Counted from the first letter of the stretch, positions 45,199 through 55,654 are shown. The stretch: DNA of 64,000 nucleotides from Polyangiaceae bacterium (GCA_044376115.1 JBILLK010000001.1:1-64000); one strand, 5' to 3'. The notes: generated by a model not told the origin, from the sequence alone. Made by a program: numbers and translations.

Positions 45199-47679
45199 AT
45201 GACGATGAACTTCAACCCGAACGCTGTACTCAAGGCAGAGCAGCTCATCGACAGAGCGTCGTTAGATCTCTTCCACTTCGTTAGCCGTGGCCGCGTTGAA
45301 CGGAAGCTTCGCGTCGCGGTTTTCCGCGGTGAAGAGCGCGTGAACGACACCTACAGCTTCGATATGGAGGTGGTTGCGCCTCACGACATCGACCCGCTAA
45401 ACACACTCGAAGACTCAATCCTCGGTCACCCCGGCTCGCTGGTGATGATGGGGGAAGACAGCCCGCGCGTTGTTCACGGCGTGGTCACGGGCTACGAGGT
45501 TTTGCGAGCGATCGATCTGCAGTCTGTGCGGCTTCGGCTCAAACTCTCGCCTCGCCTCGCACTTCTGCAGATGCGCGTGCACAGCCGCATCTTCCAGGAG
45601 CAGACCATTCCGGCGATCGTCAAGCAACTGCTCGCGGAGTGGCGAGTGCCTCACCACTTCGAGCTTTCCGCCGAGTACGCCGTCCGCACGTACGTCACGC
45701 AGTACCATGAGAGTGACTACGAGTTCCTGCTACGCATCCTCGCCCGCGAGGGCATCTTCTTTTACTTCCGTCATTCACCCGAGCACGAGGTTGAAGAACT
45801 GATCTTGTGTGACGAGGCGATGTATCGGCCAGTCCAGGGGCGAACGGCGCACCTCCAGGTCCGAACCGGCCGCTTCGAGATCGCTGAAGGTGAGATCGTC
45901 GAGGTTGGTGTTCGACGAAAGATCCGCCAAACCGCGGCGAGAATCGGCAACTTCGATTTCCGTCACCCACACTTGCCGCTGCGCTCGCTGGAGATGCAGG
46001 CCGATGCGAAGGGAGCCGTTGGCGACCTTGGAACGGAGCGACTGGGTACTTATCACTTCGATCACGATGGTGAGCATGAGCCCTCCGCCAGCGCGGAGAA
46101 GCGCGATCAAGACGCCCTTCGTTTGCTTCAGTCGCTTCGTGGAGATGGGCTGACCATCCTTGGCGCGACGCGCTCACGCAAGCTCATGCCAGGGCACTCG
46201 TTCGTCCTCGAAGGGCATGTGCTCGAGAGCCTCAATCGAGAATGGGTCGTCACGACCGTCAAGCACGACGGCGTTACGCCTGAACTCAACAACGACCTCA
46301 GTCGCGACGAGGTCTACAAGAACGATGTCGAGGCAGCGCCAGTGGAAACGGCTCTGCGCATGGCGCCTAACGAGCGCAACCGCGTAATTCACGGCTCACA
46401 GACGGCGACGGTCGTGGGTGGCGCGGATGGCGAGGTTTTCACCGACAACTACGGCCGGGTGAAGGTTCAATTCCACTGGGACCTCCAAGGCCGCAAAGAC
46501 GAAAAGTCGTCTTCATGGATTCGCGTCTCTCAACCGTGGGCAGGCCCGAGCTTTGGTGCTCAGTTTTTACCTCGCGTCGGTACGGAGGTGATCGTGTCCT
46601 TCTTGGACGGTGATCCAGATCGTCCCATCATCATCGGCGCAGTGTTCAACGGCACCCATCCCTACCCCTTCGGCTTGCCGCAAGAGTCCACCAAGAGCGG
46701 CTTTCGTTCACTCAGCACGCCTGGGGGCGATGGTGCGAACGAATTCAGCTTTGATGACGAGCGCGGACGAGAGGTCGTAACCCTCAAAGCGCAGCGCAAC
46801 ATGGAGGTTCAGGTCTCACGCGACCAACGTGTAGACGTCGGCGGGGACGCTGTGCTGAAGGTTCACGGTCAATTGACCGAGAACATCGACGGTACCCAGA
46901 CCACCACGGTCACCGGGGGCCAGGTCACCTTGGTCACGCTGCAAAAGACCACGCAAGTTCTTGGCGATTCACTCGAAGCGGTTCGTGGAAGTCTCGACTC
47001 GCGAGTGAGTGGGGACCGAAACGTGCGAGTCGAAGGCGCCGCTCGCGACGATCTGGAGTCGCATGAAGCGTTCATTCGCAACGACGCGATTCATCGCGTG
47101 CGCGGGCACTTTGCGGGCGTGGTTGGTGAGCAAGGTGCGGCGACTTCGGCTTCTCTTCACGTCGAAGGAACCGTTTCCGCCTACGCAAGCCGAACCACCG
47201 AGTTCATCGCCGAAAAGGGCATCGTGCTTCGCTGCGGCGAGAGTTCGATTCGCATCGGGCCTGACAGCGTCGAGATCATTGCGCCCAAAGTCCTCATCAG
47301 TGGTGACACCGTTGAGACAGGGGCGGAGAAAGAGCTCCGCGTTGTGTCGAAGAAGGGGCTCATTCTCAAGTCCGAGAAGCTCCACGCGATGGGCAAATCT
47401 GCAAGCCTGTTGCTCTTCACTGACGCAGACATTGGCGGACAGAGGGTGAAGCTCAACTCCAAGGTGGATGAGTCTGCGATCTTGGCCCGTCCCCGACCGC
47501 TCACTCACATCCAACTGACCGACGAAGACGGCTCACCCGCCGCTCGACGTCGCTACGTAATCGTCAGCGGTGATGGCGAGAGAAGCGGTGTGCTCAACGA
47601 CAAGGGTGAAGCGGAGATCGAACTCGAAGCCGACGCCCAGATCTACTTCCCCGATGTCGACAAGCCCAAAGAGGCCTAA
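45199..47679 (+). CDS. vgrG: Type VI secretion spike protein VgrG/TssI with C-terminal extension
   Basis: SRIFQ, QYHESDYEF..R..REGIFFYF, QTATVVG, GRVKVQFHWD, SSWIRVSQPWAG, PRVGTEVIVSFLDGDPDRP, and gp5-like beta repeats. Confidence 0.95.
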   Translation: MTMNFNPNAVLKAEQLIDRASLDLFHFVSRGRVERKLRVAVFRGEERVNDTYSFDMEVVAPHDIDPLNTLEDSILGHPGSLVMMGEDSPRVVHGVVTGYEVLRAIDLQSVRLRLKLSPRLALLQMRVHSRIFQEQTIPAIVKQLLAEWRVPHHFELSAEYAVRTYVTQYHESDYEFLLRILAREGIFFYFRHSPEHEVEELILCDEAMYRPVQGRTAHLQVRTGRFEIAEGEIVEVGVRRKIRQTAARIGNFDFRHPHLPLRSLEMQADAKGAVGDLGTERLGTYHFDHDGEHEPSASAEKRDQDALRLLQSLRGDGLTILGATRSRKLMPGHSFVLEGHVLESLNREWVVTTVKHDGVTPELNNDLSRDEVYKNDVEAAPVETALRMAPNERNRVIHGSQTATVVGGADGEVFTDNYGRVKVQFHWDLQGRKDEKSSSWIRVSQPWAGPSFGAQFLPRVGTEVIVSFLDGDPDRPIIIGAVFNGTHPYPFGLPQESTKSGFRSLSTPGGDGANEFSFDDERGREVVTLKAQRNMEVQVSRDQRVDVGGDAVLKVHGQLTENIDGTQTTTVTGGQVTLVTLQKTTQVLGDSLEAVRGSLDSRVSGDRNVRVEGAARDDLESHEAFIRNDAIHRVRGHFAGVVGEQGAATSASLHVEGTVSAYASRTTEFIAEKGIVLRCGESSIRIGPDSVEIIAPKVLISGDTVETGAEKELRVVSKKGLILKSEKLHAMGKSASLLLFTDADIGGQRVKLNSKVDESAILARPRPLTHIQLTDEDGSPAARRRYVIVSGDGERSGVLNDKGEAEIELEADAQIYFPDVDKPKEA

Positions 47680-47681
47680 GG

Positions 47682-48332
47682 ATGAAACCCTACGTCGTTC
47701 GTCAAGGTGACTATCTAACGAAGCTCGCGCACACGATGGGCTTCGACCCGGATTTGGTCTGGAACCATTCCAAAAACAGCGAGCTGAGGGAGCGGCGGGC
47801 CGACAAGGACCTGCTTCATCCCGGAGATATTCTCTGGCTCCCACCGAGCCCGGATAAGAAGCGTCTTCAGCTGCGCTCGGGTGCAGCCAATCGCTACATC
47901 GCCCGCATACCGAAGAAGCCGGTGGAGGTTAGAATCCAGGTTGGTGGTGAGCCGCTCGCGGACGAGCCTGCAGTGATTCTTGGAATTGGGCCCGACCCGC
48001 TTGAGACCAAGACCGATGAAGCAGGCTGGATCCGCACCGAGGTGCAAGTTCACGTGCGCGAGATCGAGGTCATCCTCCCTCGCAAACGACGAACGCTACG
48101 CGTCCGAGTCGGCGAGATGGATCCGGTGAACACCGTGAACGGGCTTCGCAAACGGCTCCAGCATTTGGGCTTCTACCAGCCGACCCGAGTGGGCGTGGAG
48201 AACCAGGACGCTTCGGACCCAAGTGCCTTGATTGGCGCGCTGAAGGCCTTCCAAATGGCCCGAAACATTGCTCCTAGCGGGAAGCTCGACGACGAGACAA
48301 AGAGCGCCCTGCTGGCCAAGCACGGCTCTTAG
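47682..48332 (+). CDS. LysM-like plus peptidoglycan-binding (PG_binding_1) domain protein
   Basis: YVVRQGDYL..LA..LHPGDILWLP at the N-terminus, and RLQHLGF...ALKAFQ...SGKLDDET at the C-terminus. Confidence 0.82.
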   Translation: MKPYVVRQGDYLTKLAHTMGFDPDLVWNHSKNSELRERRADKDLLHPGDILWLPPSPDKKRLQLRSGAANRYIARIPKKPVEVRIQVGGEPLADEPAVILGIGPDPLETKTDEAGWIRTEVQVHVREIEVILPRKRRTLRVRVGEMDPVNTVNGLRKRLQHLGFYQPTRVGVENQDASDPSALIGALKAFQMARNIAPSGKLDDETKSALLAKHGS

Positions 48333-48439
48333 CGCTGGCGAGATGCCCTGCAGGCTCATGAGCCGCGCAGGGCACCTCAGCGAAAAGAGATGAAACGAGC
48401 CGTTGGCTGGACCTAGCCACGCCCAGCGAGTACCCTTTC

Positions 48440-49375
48440 TTGATGCTTCGCACTGGCTTCATGGTTGCCTACGTGCAGCCGAGCATCGCCTTGGGGGTAT
48501 TGGCGATGACCGTCGCCAATTGTTCGCTCGCGCTCGATTTTGAGTCCGTTCAATGCGAGTCAAAATCAGACTGCGCAGCGCTTGGACTTGAAAACGCAGA
48601 GTGCGTTGATTCGCTTTGCGTAGCTCAAAGCGAAGGGGGCAACGGCGGCGCTGGGGGAAGTGCGGAGGGCGGTGGCGGAAGCGCACCTGATCCGCGCTGG
48701 GACTGCCTTGACGGCTTCCAACAGCCGACGGTCGATCCTCAAGAGATGATCGAGCACTTCTATCGTTTCGAGGTGGCCACCGCGCTTCCCGGAACGCCGC
48801 CACAGAATCTGGCGGTTAAGGTCTGCAACCAGATCGATGTCGAGTGCACGACGCCCGTGGACATGCCGACGCCTGACGCCAACGGGGCGCTCACGCTGTC
48901 TCTTGCTGCGACCTTCGACGGCTTCCTGGTAGTCACGGCCGACAACATGCTTACCGGCTTCGTTCTGTTGCAACCAACGGTGAAGCTTCCCCAGTCGGAG
49001 AAGGTCATCCGGATGATTGACGAGCCCAACTTCATCAACCTCGTTGAGTTTGCCGGCGGTACTTACGACCCACTACGCGGAGTTGGCTTGGTGCTCGCGG
49101 TGGATTGCCAAGACGATCGTGCAGCAGAGGTGCGGCTGGTGAGCCCAGACGCCGACGCAGAGACTCTTCCTTTCTACTTCAAAGATGGCGCCCCAAACAT
49201 CGAGGAGACGCAGACCGACGAACAAGGCGCAGGGGGCTTCCTCAACCTCCCGGTCAACAAGGTGATCCGTCTCGAGATGCATCGCGCGACGACGGATGAA
49301 CTGATCGGAACAACTTCGTTCCGGGCACGTGCAGGTGCCATCGTTTACGTTCCTTTAGGGCCAACGGAGAACTAG
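48440..49375 (+). CDS. Cys-containing secreted/lipoprotein hypothetical
   Basis: Hydrophobic leader ending ANC, a Cys-rich small domain, a Gly-rich linker and WDCL. The start is uncertain (48440-48461). Confidence 0.7.
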   Translation: MMLRTGFMVAYVQPSIALGVLAMTVANCSLALDFESVQCESKSDCAALGLENAECVDSLCVAQSEGGNGGAGGSAEGGGGSAPDPRWDCLDGFQQPTVDPQEMIEHFYRFEVATALPGTPPQNLAVKVCNQIDVECTTPVDMPTPDANGALTLSLAATFDGFLVVTADNMLTGFVLLQPTVKLPQSEKVIRMIDEPNFINLVEFAGGTYDPLRGVGLVLAVDCQDDRAAEVRLVSPDADAETLPFYFKDGAPNIEETQTDEQGAGGFLNLPVNKVIRLEMHRATTDELIGTTSFRARAGAIVYVPLGPTEN

Positions 49376-49377
49376 TC

Positions 49378-51054
49378 GTGTCGCAAAGCCAAATCGGAAA
49401 GTACCGAGTACTCGCGAAGCTTGGCCAAGGCGGGATGGCGCGTGTGCTCTTGACGATGGCGCAGGGCATGCACGGCTTCAACAAGCTGCTCGTTGTCAAA
49501 GAGCTGCGCGAGGAGCTGGCTGGGGACCCCGATTTTCTATCGATGTTCCTGGATGAAGCGCGCATCACAGCCCGCCTGAATCACCCAAACATCGTTCAGA
49601 CCTACGAGGTCGGCAATGACGGTGACCGCTACTTCATCGCGATGGAGTACCTGGAGGGCCAGCCGCTCAACGCGATTTTCCGACGCATGGGAAGGCGGAA
49701 CCTTCCGCTCGAGATTCACCTACGGATCCTCGCAGACGTCCTCGCGGGTCTCTCTCACGCCCATCAGCTGAAGGACTTCGACGGAACCCCGTTCAGCATC
49801 GTGCATCGCGACGTGAGCCCGCAGAACGTGTTCGTGACCTATGACGGCCAGGTCAAGCTGGTGGACTTTGGCATCGCCAAAGCGGCTGGCGCGTCTTCCC
49901 GAACGCAGGAGGGGATGCTCAAGGGCAAGATCTCATACATCGCGCCCGAGCAAGCTCGCTGTGAACACGTTGATGCGCGCGCGGACCTTTTTGCCGTCGG
50001 GGTCATGCTCTGGGAAGCACTGGCTGGGCGGCGAATGATCACGCGAGAAGATGAAATGAGCGTGCTCGCACGACGCATGTCAGGGCAAGATCCGCCGATC
50101 CGCTCGGTCGTTGAGCGGCTATCCGAGGAGCTAGCGCAGATTTGTGATCGAGCCATGGCCCCATCCTCCGAGGCACGCTTTCAGAGTGCAAAAGAGTTTC
50201 AGGATGTGCTCGAAGCCTATCTTGCGCACTCTGACTACCGCGTCGGGGCGAAGGAAGTGGGCGCCGCGGTGAGCGCTGCCTTTCAAGATGAACGCGAGAG
50301 AATTCGCGCCACGATCGAAGAGCAAGTACGCAACATCGACCGGCAAGCCGAGCCAATCAACCTTGAGCTGGTACCAGCGCACCTCAAGCAAACGAGTGAC
50401 TCGCTAGCCCGTGTTTCGCTGCCGCCGCATCTTCACCTTTCGAGCGAGACGCCGTCCATCGCACGCTCACCCTCGGTGATTTCGACGCCGCCCGAGGCTC
50501 CCGCAAAGTCTAGCCGCCCAATGATAAGCGCGCTGTTTGCGGGCGCTCTGCTCGCAGTCGTGGCGTTGGGCGTAGTGTACTTCGTCTCGGGTCGGCGCCC
50601 CGAACCTGCTGTGCCTGCCGCCGCATCAACAGCCCGAGCCGAGGTACCAGCAACCACGGCTCCGGTCACGAGTGAGCCGGCCAGCACCGCCACCAGCAAT
50701 GCCAAGCAAACCATTGAAGTAAAGGTCCGGTATCCAGCGGGTGCGCGCGCCAAGCTGGATGGCGGCTTGGTTGAGGGGAATCCCTTCGAGGCCAAGGTTC
50801 CTCAGGACGGGACGATTCATCGGTTTGAGGTCGAGCAGGAGGGGTTCAAGACGGAGAAGCGGACGCTCATGTTCGACAAGCCCATCGACCTAACCGTGGA
50901 GCTTACGAAAGAGAGCGCCTCCTACACGCCGCACCCGAAGACGGCTGAACCGAAGGCTACCGAGACTCCACCGGCGCCAACCGAAGAGCCCAAGAAGAAG
51001 CCTGTACCCACGGTCGAGATCGACGAATCCAATCCCTACAAGAAAAAGCCATGA
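49378..51054 (+). CDS. Ser/Thr protein kinase with TM helix and extracellular PEGA-like domain
   Basis: LGQGGMA, VVK, HRDVSPQN, DFGIAK and APEQ, followed by a TM helix and a C-terminal NPY motif. Confidence 0.93.
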   Translation: MSQSQIGKYRVLAKLGQGGMARVLLTMAQGMHGFNKLLVVKELREELAGDPDFLSMFLDEARITARLNHPNIVQTYEVGNDGDRYFIAMEYLEGQPLNAIFRRMGRRNLPLEIHLRILADVLAGLSHAHQLKDFDGTPFSIVHRDVSPQNVFVTYDGQVKLVDFGIAKAAGASSRTQEGMLKGKISYIAPEQARCEHVDARADLFAVGVMLWEALAGRRMITREDEMSVLARRMSGQDPPIRSVVERLSEELAQICDRAMAPSSEARFQSAKEFQDVLEAYLAHSDYRVGAKEVGAAVSAAFQDERERIRATIEEQVRNIDRQAEPINLELVPAHLKQTSDSLARVSLPPHLHLSSETPSIARSPSVISTPPEAPAKSSRPMISALFAGALLAVVALGVVYFVSGRRPEPAVPAAASTARAEVPATTAPVTSEPASTATSNAKQTIEVKVRYPAGARAKLDGGLVEGNPFEAKVPQDGTIHRFEVEQEGFKTEKRTLMFDKPIDLTVELTKESASYTPHPKTAEPKATETPPAPTEEPKKKPVPTVEIDESNPYKKKP

Positions 51055-52001
51055 GCTTCCTTAACGACGCACGCGCAGTCCTACTTGCGAGTTCGCTGCT
51101 GCTTCCGCACATGGCTTTGGCTGAAGACACAGCGGGTGATCACTTCACGCGCGGTGTCGAGTTCTCGAAGGAGCATGACTACGTCGCGGCCATGGTCGAG
51201 TTCAAGAAGGCGTATGAACTCGACCCTCGCTACCCGGTCTTGTTCAACATTGGGCAGACCTCCAACGAGCTGAAGGACTACGCGGGTGCGCTCAGTTCGT
51301 ACGAGCGCTACCTCAAAGATGGCGGCGAGGAAATCGATGCCGACCGACGGAAGAAGGTACAAGCGCTGATCGAGGAACTAACTCGCAAAGTCGCTAGCAT
51401 CAGCATCGCAACCAACGTTGCCGGCGTTTCGGTCATCGTGGATGACGTTGATGTTGGGGTCACGCCTCTCCCAAGCTCGGTGCGAATGAACGCAGGTCGG
51501 CGCAAGCTGGTTTTGACCAAGAGCGGCTATGAGCCTGTTACACGCATCGTCGAAATCGCCGGTACCGAAGAGAAAACCCTTAGCTTTGAGCTCGTTTCGC
51601 TCACTCAGCAGCCGAGCGGAACTGGAAACACAGGATCGGGCGGCGACGGAACAGCACCTCAACAGCTGGAGCACACCGTTTGGCCTTGGGTCGGGCTGGC
51701 CTCGACAGGCGCTTTGGCCGTTGCGACAGGCGTCTTCGGGGGGCTCGCCCTGTCGAAACACGGCGCATTCGAGGACGCGTTGACCGTTACCCCAACCACC
51801 AACGATGCGATCGAATCGGCTCGCAGCGATGCCAAGACGTTCGCCCTCGTGACCGATATCCTGCTCGGCACGACGATCGCCGCTGGTGCGCTGACCGCAC
51901 TCGCGTTTGGCCTCGATTACGGTCGCTCAACAACCGAAACGACAGCCTTCATCCGACCGGTGGTTGGTCCGGGAATGGTGGGCCTCAACGGGGCCTTTTG
52001 A
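51051..52001 (+). CDS. TPR + PEGA domain protein
   Basis: Signal peptide, TPR (FKKAYELDP..VLFNIG), PEGA (VDDVDVGVTPL) and C-terminal hydrophobic helices. ATGA overlap with the kinase. Confidence 0.85.
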   Translation: MSFLNDARAVLLASSLLLPHMALAEDTAGDHFTRGVEFSKEHDYVAAMVEFKKAYELDPRYPVLFNIGQTSNELKDYAGALSSYERYLKDGGEEIDADRRKKVQALIEELTRKVASISIATNVAGVSVIVDDVDVGVTPLPSSVRMNAGRRKLVLTKSGYEPVTRIVEIAGTEEKTLSFELVSLTQQPSGTGNTGSGGDGTAPQQLEHTVWPWVGLASTGALAVATGVFGGLALSKHGAFEDALTVTPTTNDAIESARSDAKTFALVTDILLGTTIAAGALTALAFGLDYGRSTTETTAFIRPVVGPGMVGLNGAF

Positions 52002-52906
52002 CTCTCACGGTCGCAACCTTCAACTTGAAGGACTTCTTCCACGCGAGATCGCCGGAAGAGTCGGCTGTCGTGAACACAAAGCTCGAGAACGTTGCCAAGT
52101 TGCTTCGGGAGGCCGACGCAGACTTGGTGGCACTCCAGGAGGTCGGCGAGGAGGACCTGCTCCAACAGCTTTTCAGCGAGCAGCTCGGCCTTCCTCGCAT
52201 GAACCTCTTGCTTGGCAAGCCTGACCATCGAGGCATCCGCTGCGCGATCGCCTCACGCTTTGCTTTGATCTCGGCCGAAGCACTCGAAGCAGCTACCCTC
52301 TCCTTTCCCAGGTTCAACGTGGAGGATCCGGAGCCGTTCGGCGCCTCGATCCCGCTCCGTCGGAGCGTCCTACGCGTGCGCGCCGATGTCCCTGGCTTTG
52401 GCGTTACAACTCTTTTTACGGCCCACCTCAAGTCGCAACTCGCTACCCCGCTCCGAGAGCACGGCGAAGCCTTGCCCATCTCGAGTCCCAGCGAGTTCGC
52501 CGAAGCTATCTTGCGTTCCTTGGTGCAACGCAGCGCAGAGGCGCTCCATCTCAAGCGTCTAGTAGAGCTTGAAATGTCTACGGAGCAGGCGCTCGTTCTG
52601 GCCTGCGGCGACTTCAACGACACCCCGGACTCGGTGCCTGTGCGGGTGCTGCTGAGCGGAGAGCCAGACAAGCGCCTGATTGACCTCGTACGCCAAGCAA
52701 ACCTCCCCTCTGACCAAGACTTCACGACGCTGCACAACGCACGCAAGAACCGCATCGACTACGTGCTGGCGTCGCCAGCTTTGGCCGGCCGCATGCAAAC
52801 CACCCGAATCCTGAACGAAGGGCTCCGAGATCACGGTCCCTTCTCGAAGTCGGCACCACTTGAGCCCGACTCGGACCACGCCCCCGTGGTTGCCGTCTTC
52901 CACTAA
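51998..52906 (+). CDS. Endonuclease/exonuclease/phosphatase family protein
   Basis: ATFN, ADLVALQEV, HLKS, GDFND, IDYVL and SDHAPV. The TTG start overlaps the preceding stop. Confidence 0.88.
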   Translation: MTLTVATFNLKDFFHARSPEESAVVNTKLENVAKLLREADADLVALQEVGEEDLLQQLFSEQLGLPRMNLLLGKPDHRGIRCAIASRFALISAEALEAATLSFPRFNVEDPEPFGASIPLRRSVLRVRADVPGFGVTTLFTAHLKSQLATPLREHGEALPISSPSEFAEAILRSLVQRSAEALHLKRLVELEMSTEQALVLACGDFNDTPDSVPVRVLLSGEPDKRLIDLVRQANLPSDQDFTTLHNARKNRIDYVLASPALAGRMQTTRILNEGLRDHGPFSKSAPLEPDSDHAPVVAVFH

Positions 52907-52996
52907 GTTGTAAAGTTCTGTTGCGTGAGCTCGCGATCGCGCTGGCGATCGCGTCGGCAACTTGCGGTGGATTCGCGGAATGCCTAAGAAAGGCTC

Positions 52997-53719
52997 ATGC
53001 AACCTGACTACCGCCACCGAGCGCAATTCCAGCAGCAAGGTCACTACGGAACTCAATCGTTGGGTGAGGCCGATGGTCGAGAGGCCTTCATCGCGCGAAC
53101 CTACAACCACTTGTTCCTAGCGATTGCAGCCTTCGCGGGCCTGGAAATCGCCCTGTTCAAGACTGGCTTTGCCGAGGTGATCGCGCGCGGAATGATGGGC
53201 GGCGGAGCACTGCTCGTGTTCGGCGGTTTTGTAGTCGTGAGTTGGCTCGCTACCTCGGTGGCCTACCGCGCGGAGTCAAAGGCAGCACAGTATGCAGCAC
53301 TGGCTGCGTATGTAGTGCTTGAAGCCATCGTGTTTGTGCCGCTACTGATGCTTGCCAACGTGCGTGCCCCTGGCGCTATCCAAAGCGCTGCTGCCGTGAC
53401 CCTTGTTGGCTTCGCTGGGTTGACTGGCATCGCGTTGCTCACCAAGAAGGACTTCTCCTTCCTTGGAGGCGTCTTGCGTTGGGCGGGCTTTGCCGTGCTC
53501 GGCCTGATTGTCGCAAGCCTCGTGTTTGGCTTTACCTTGGGAACGCTGTTCAGCGTCGCCATGGTTGCTCTCTCGGGCGCCGCAATCCTGTTTGAGACTT
53601 CACGAGTCCAACGGGAATTTCCTGAAGACCGTTACGTTGCCGCAGCACTGAGTCTGTTCGCTTCTGTGGCGATGATGTTCTGGTACATCCTGCGGATCTT
53701 TATTGGCTCGCGGCGCTAA
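52997..53719 (+). CDS. Bax inhibitor-1/YccA family membrane protein
   Basis: Seven TM helices with FIARTYNHL, KKDFSFLG and YVAAALSLF. Confidence 0.88.
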   Translation: MQPDYRHRAQFQQQGHYGTQSLGEADGREAFIARTYNHLFLAIAAFAGLEIALFKTGFAEVIARGMMGGGALLVFGGFVVVSWLATSVAYRAESKAAQYAALAAYVVLEAIVFVPLLMLANVRAPGAIQSAAAVTLVGFAGLTGIALLTKKDFSFLGGVLRWAGFAVLGLIVASLVFGFTLGTLFSVAMVALSGAAILFETSRVQREFPEDRYVAAALSLFASVAMMFWYILRIFIGSRR

Positions 53720-53846
53720 CTACCCGTGGGGAAGGGTAGTTCCAGGAAGTGGATCGGCGAGTGCTCACGCGCTCGCCGATTCGCATTTCAAGGCGAGGAA
53801 AGGCCGGCTTTTGTGGGCGTTTCGAGCATGTAGGTCATTCTGCCAC

Positions 53847-53862
53847 TGGCATGGCTCCTGCT
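53847..53862 (+). promoter_or_regulatory. Possible sigma54 -24/-12 promoter
   Basis: TGGCATG-GCTC-CTGCT compared with the consensus TGGCACG-N4-TTGCW. It sits just upstream of the PLD-domain gene. Confidence 0.4.
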
Positions 53863-53874
53863 TGGCCAGCCCGC

Positions 53875-55632
53875 ATGAACTTTGGTCCGCTGCCTGTTGT
53901 TCCGTGGAGTCGCCCGCTTCGTTGGCTCGGAGTGGCCCTATTGGCCGGGCTGGCTGGCTGTGAGGACGAGACCACCGGCACCGACTCTGCCGACGCCACC
54001 GAGGTAATTCCGGAGGCCTCACCGGAGGCAGCAGCCGTTCGTGCGCTCCTCAATGACCCCGCCACGACCCAGGCGGTCCTCAAGCAGGCCAAGGTGAACA
54101 CCACAACGGCCAACGCTCTGCTATCGCACCGAGCCGGCGCAGATGGGGTCTTCCGCAACGCCGATGACGACCTCTACGACACGATCGCCGAGGTCGACGC
54201 GATCAAAGGTGTCGGGTCAGCAACGCTCAAGAACCTGCAAAAGCTCGCGAGCACCTTGGGCTACCTGGATGCCCAGAAGGCAAAAGCGCGCTCAGTGATC
54301 TTCTCGCCCCAAGCAGCCTCTGAGAGCCACTTGGTTGAGGTGGCAAAGCGGATCAATCAAGCCCAGACCTCGATCGATATCGCGATGTACTCCTTCTCTG
54401 ATGCCAACGTCTCGGCCGCGCTTGCAGCGGCGGTGCAGCGCGGGGTCAAGGTTCGCTTCATCTTCGAGACAGCCGGCGAGGACAAAAAACTCACTGGGAC
54501 GGCGCTCACCAGCTCCAAGAGCGGCAAGCTTGAAACAGCCGGGGTGGATGTCCGCTGGGTCAACAAGATCATGCATCACAAGTTCATGATCGTCGACGGG
54601 CCGCGGGATTCCGCTGAGGCCGCCAACACCGCCACGATTGTAAGTGGCAGCGGCAACTGGTCGAACGGAGCGGCTACCAAGTACGACGAGAATACGCTGT
54701 TCTTAACCGCCTATCCGGAGCTAGCGCTACGACTCCAACGAGAGTTCAACACGCTCTGGGAGCACTCTACGGACCTCGTCTCGAACCCCGCGCTGGTGAT
54801 GGATCCGTCCACCTTCGCGATAACGGATGACGTCATCGTCGAAGATCCAGCGATGCAAATCTTCTTCACCAGTAACAACTTTACGGTCAACGGCACCACG
54901 TTCTCGGTCCAAGCCACGAATGAAGTCGCAAACAAACTCGTAGCGGCCATCGAGGGTGCCGAAGACCGCATCCTCGTCGCGTCCGGGCATCTGCGCTCGC
55001 GCCCAGTTGCGGAAGCTCTCATTGCGAAACGGAGCCAGAACCCGGACCTCGAGATCCGCGTCTACCTCGATGGGCAGGAATACATATCAGACTCAGGTAA
55101 CGCGCAGCAAAAGAGTGCCCGGGATACCTGCCTAGCGAGCGCGACGACCGAGAAGAAAAAGGCGGCGTGCTTAGATAAGTCCTTCCTCTATGGGCTTGAG
55201 GTTGGCAAAGCTGGCGTGGACGTTCGATACAAGTATTACGCCTACCGCTGGGACACCTCCTACGCCGCGCAGATGCACAACAAGATCCTTATCGTCGACG
55301 ACGCGCTCTACACCGGAAGCTATAACCTTTCGGATAACGCCGAACACAATACCTTTGAGAACGTGTTCATGTTCAAAGGGCCTGAGTTCCGCGACCTGGT
55401 CGCTGACTATGTGGAGCGCTTCGAAGTCCTTTGGAAGCAAGGCGACGGGCTCCTCCCGGGACTGCAAAAGACGATTGATGAAGCCACCACTATCCCCATC
55501 GTGTTTCCGGCAATGTCACTTTCTTGGGCAGAAGTCCGAGACCTGAAAGCCCTCATTGCCAAGGAGTGTCCTGCCGTTAACTCGGCGGTATTTCGTGAAA
55601 ACGCCGCAGCCCACCAGAGCTGCACCAAGTAA
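53875..55632 (+). CDS. Lipoprotein with helix-hairpin-helix and two phospholipase D (HKD) domains
   Basis: Lipobox LAGC, HhH (DAIKGVGSATL), MHHKFMIVD...SGSGNWS and MHNKILIVD...TGSYNLS. The start is approximate. Confidence 0.85.
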   Translation: MNFGPLPVVPWSRPLRWLGVALLAGLAGCEDETTGTDSADATEVIPEASPEAAAVRALLNDPATTQAVLKQAKVNTTTANALLSHRAGADGVFRNADDDLYDTIAEVDAIKGVGSATLKNLQKLASTLGYLDAQKAKARSVIFSPQAASESHLVEVAKRINQAQTSIDIAMYSFSDANVSAALAAAVQRGVKVRFIFETAGEDKKLTGTALTSSKSGKLETAGVDVRWVNKIMHHKFMIVDGPRDSAEAANTATIVSGSGNWSNGAATKYDENTLFLTAYPELALRLQREFNTLWEHSTDLVSNPALVMDPSTFAITDDVIVEDPAMQIFFTSNNFTVNGTTFSVQATNEVANKLVAAIEGAEDRILVASGHLRSRPVAEALIAKRSQNPDLEIRVYLDGQEYISDSGNAQQKSARDTCLASATTEKKKAACLDKSFLYGLEVGKAGVDVRYKYYAYRWDTSYAAQMHNKILIVDDALYTGSYNLSDNAEHNTFENVFMFKGPEFRDLVADYVERFEVLWKQGDGLLPGLQKTIDEATTIPIVFPAMSLSWAEVRDLKALIAKECPAVNSAVFRENAAAHQSCTK

Positions 55633-55654
55633 GCGTAGGCACGCAGAGACAAAA

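Noticed and set aside
53875..55632. PLD-nuclease as an anti-phage defence gene
   Set aside because: It has a lipoprotein signal and no neighbouring helicase, methylase or other defence genes.
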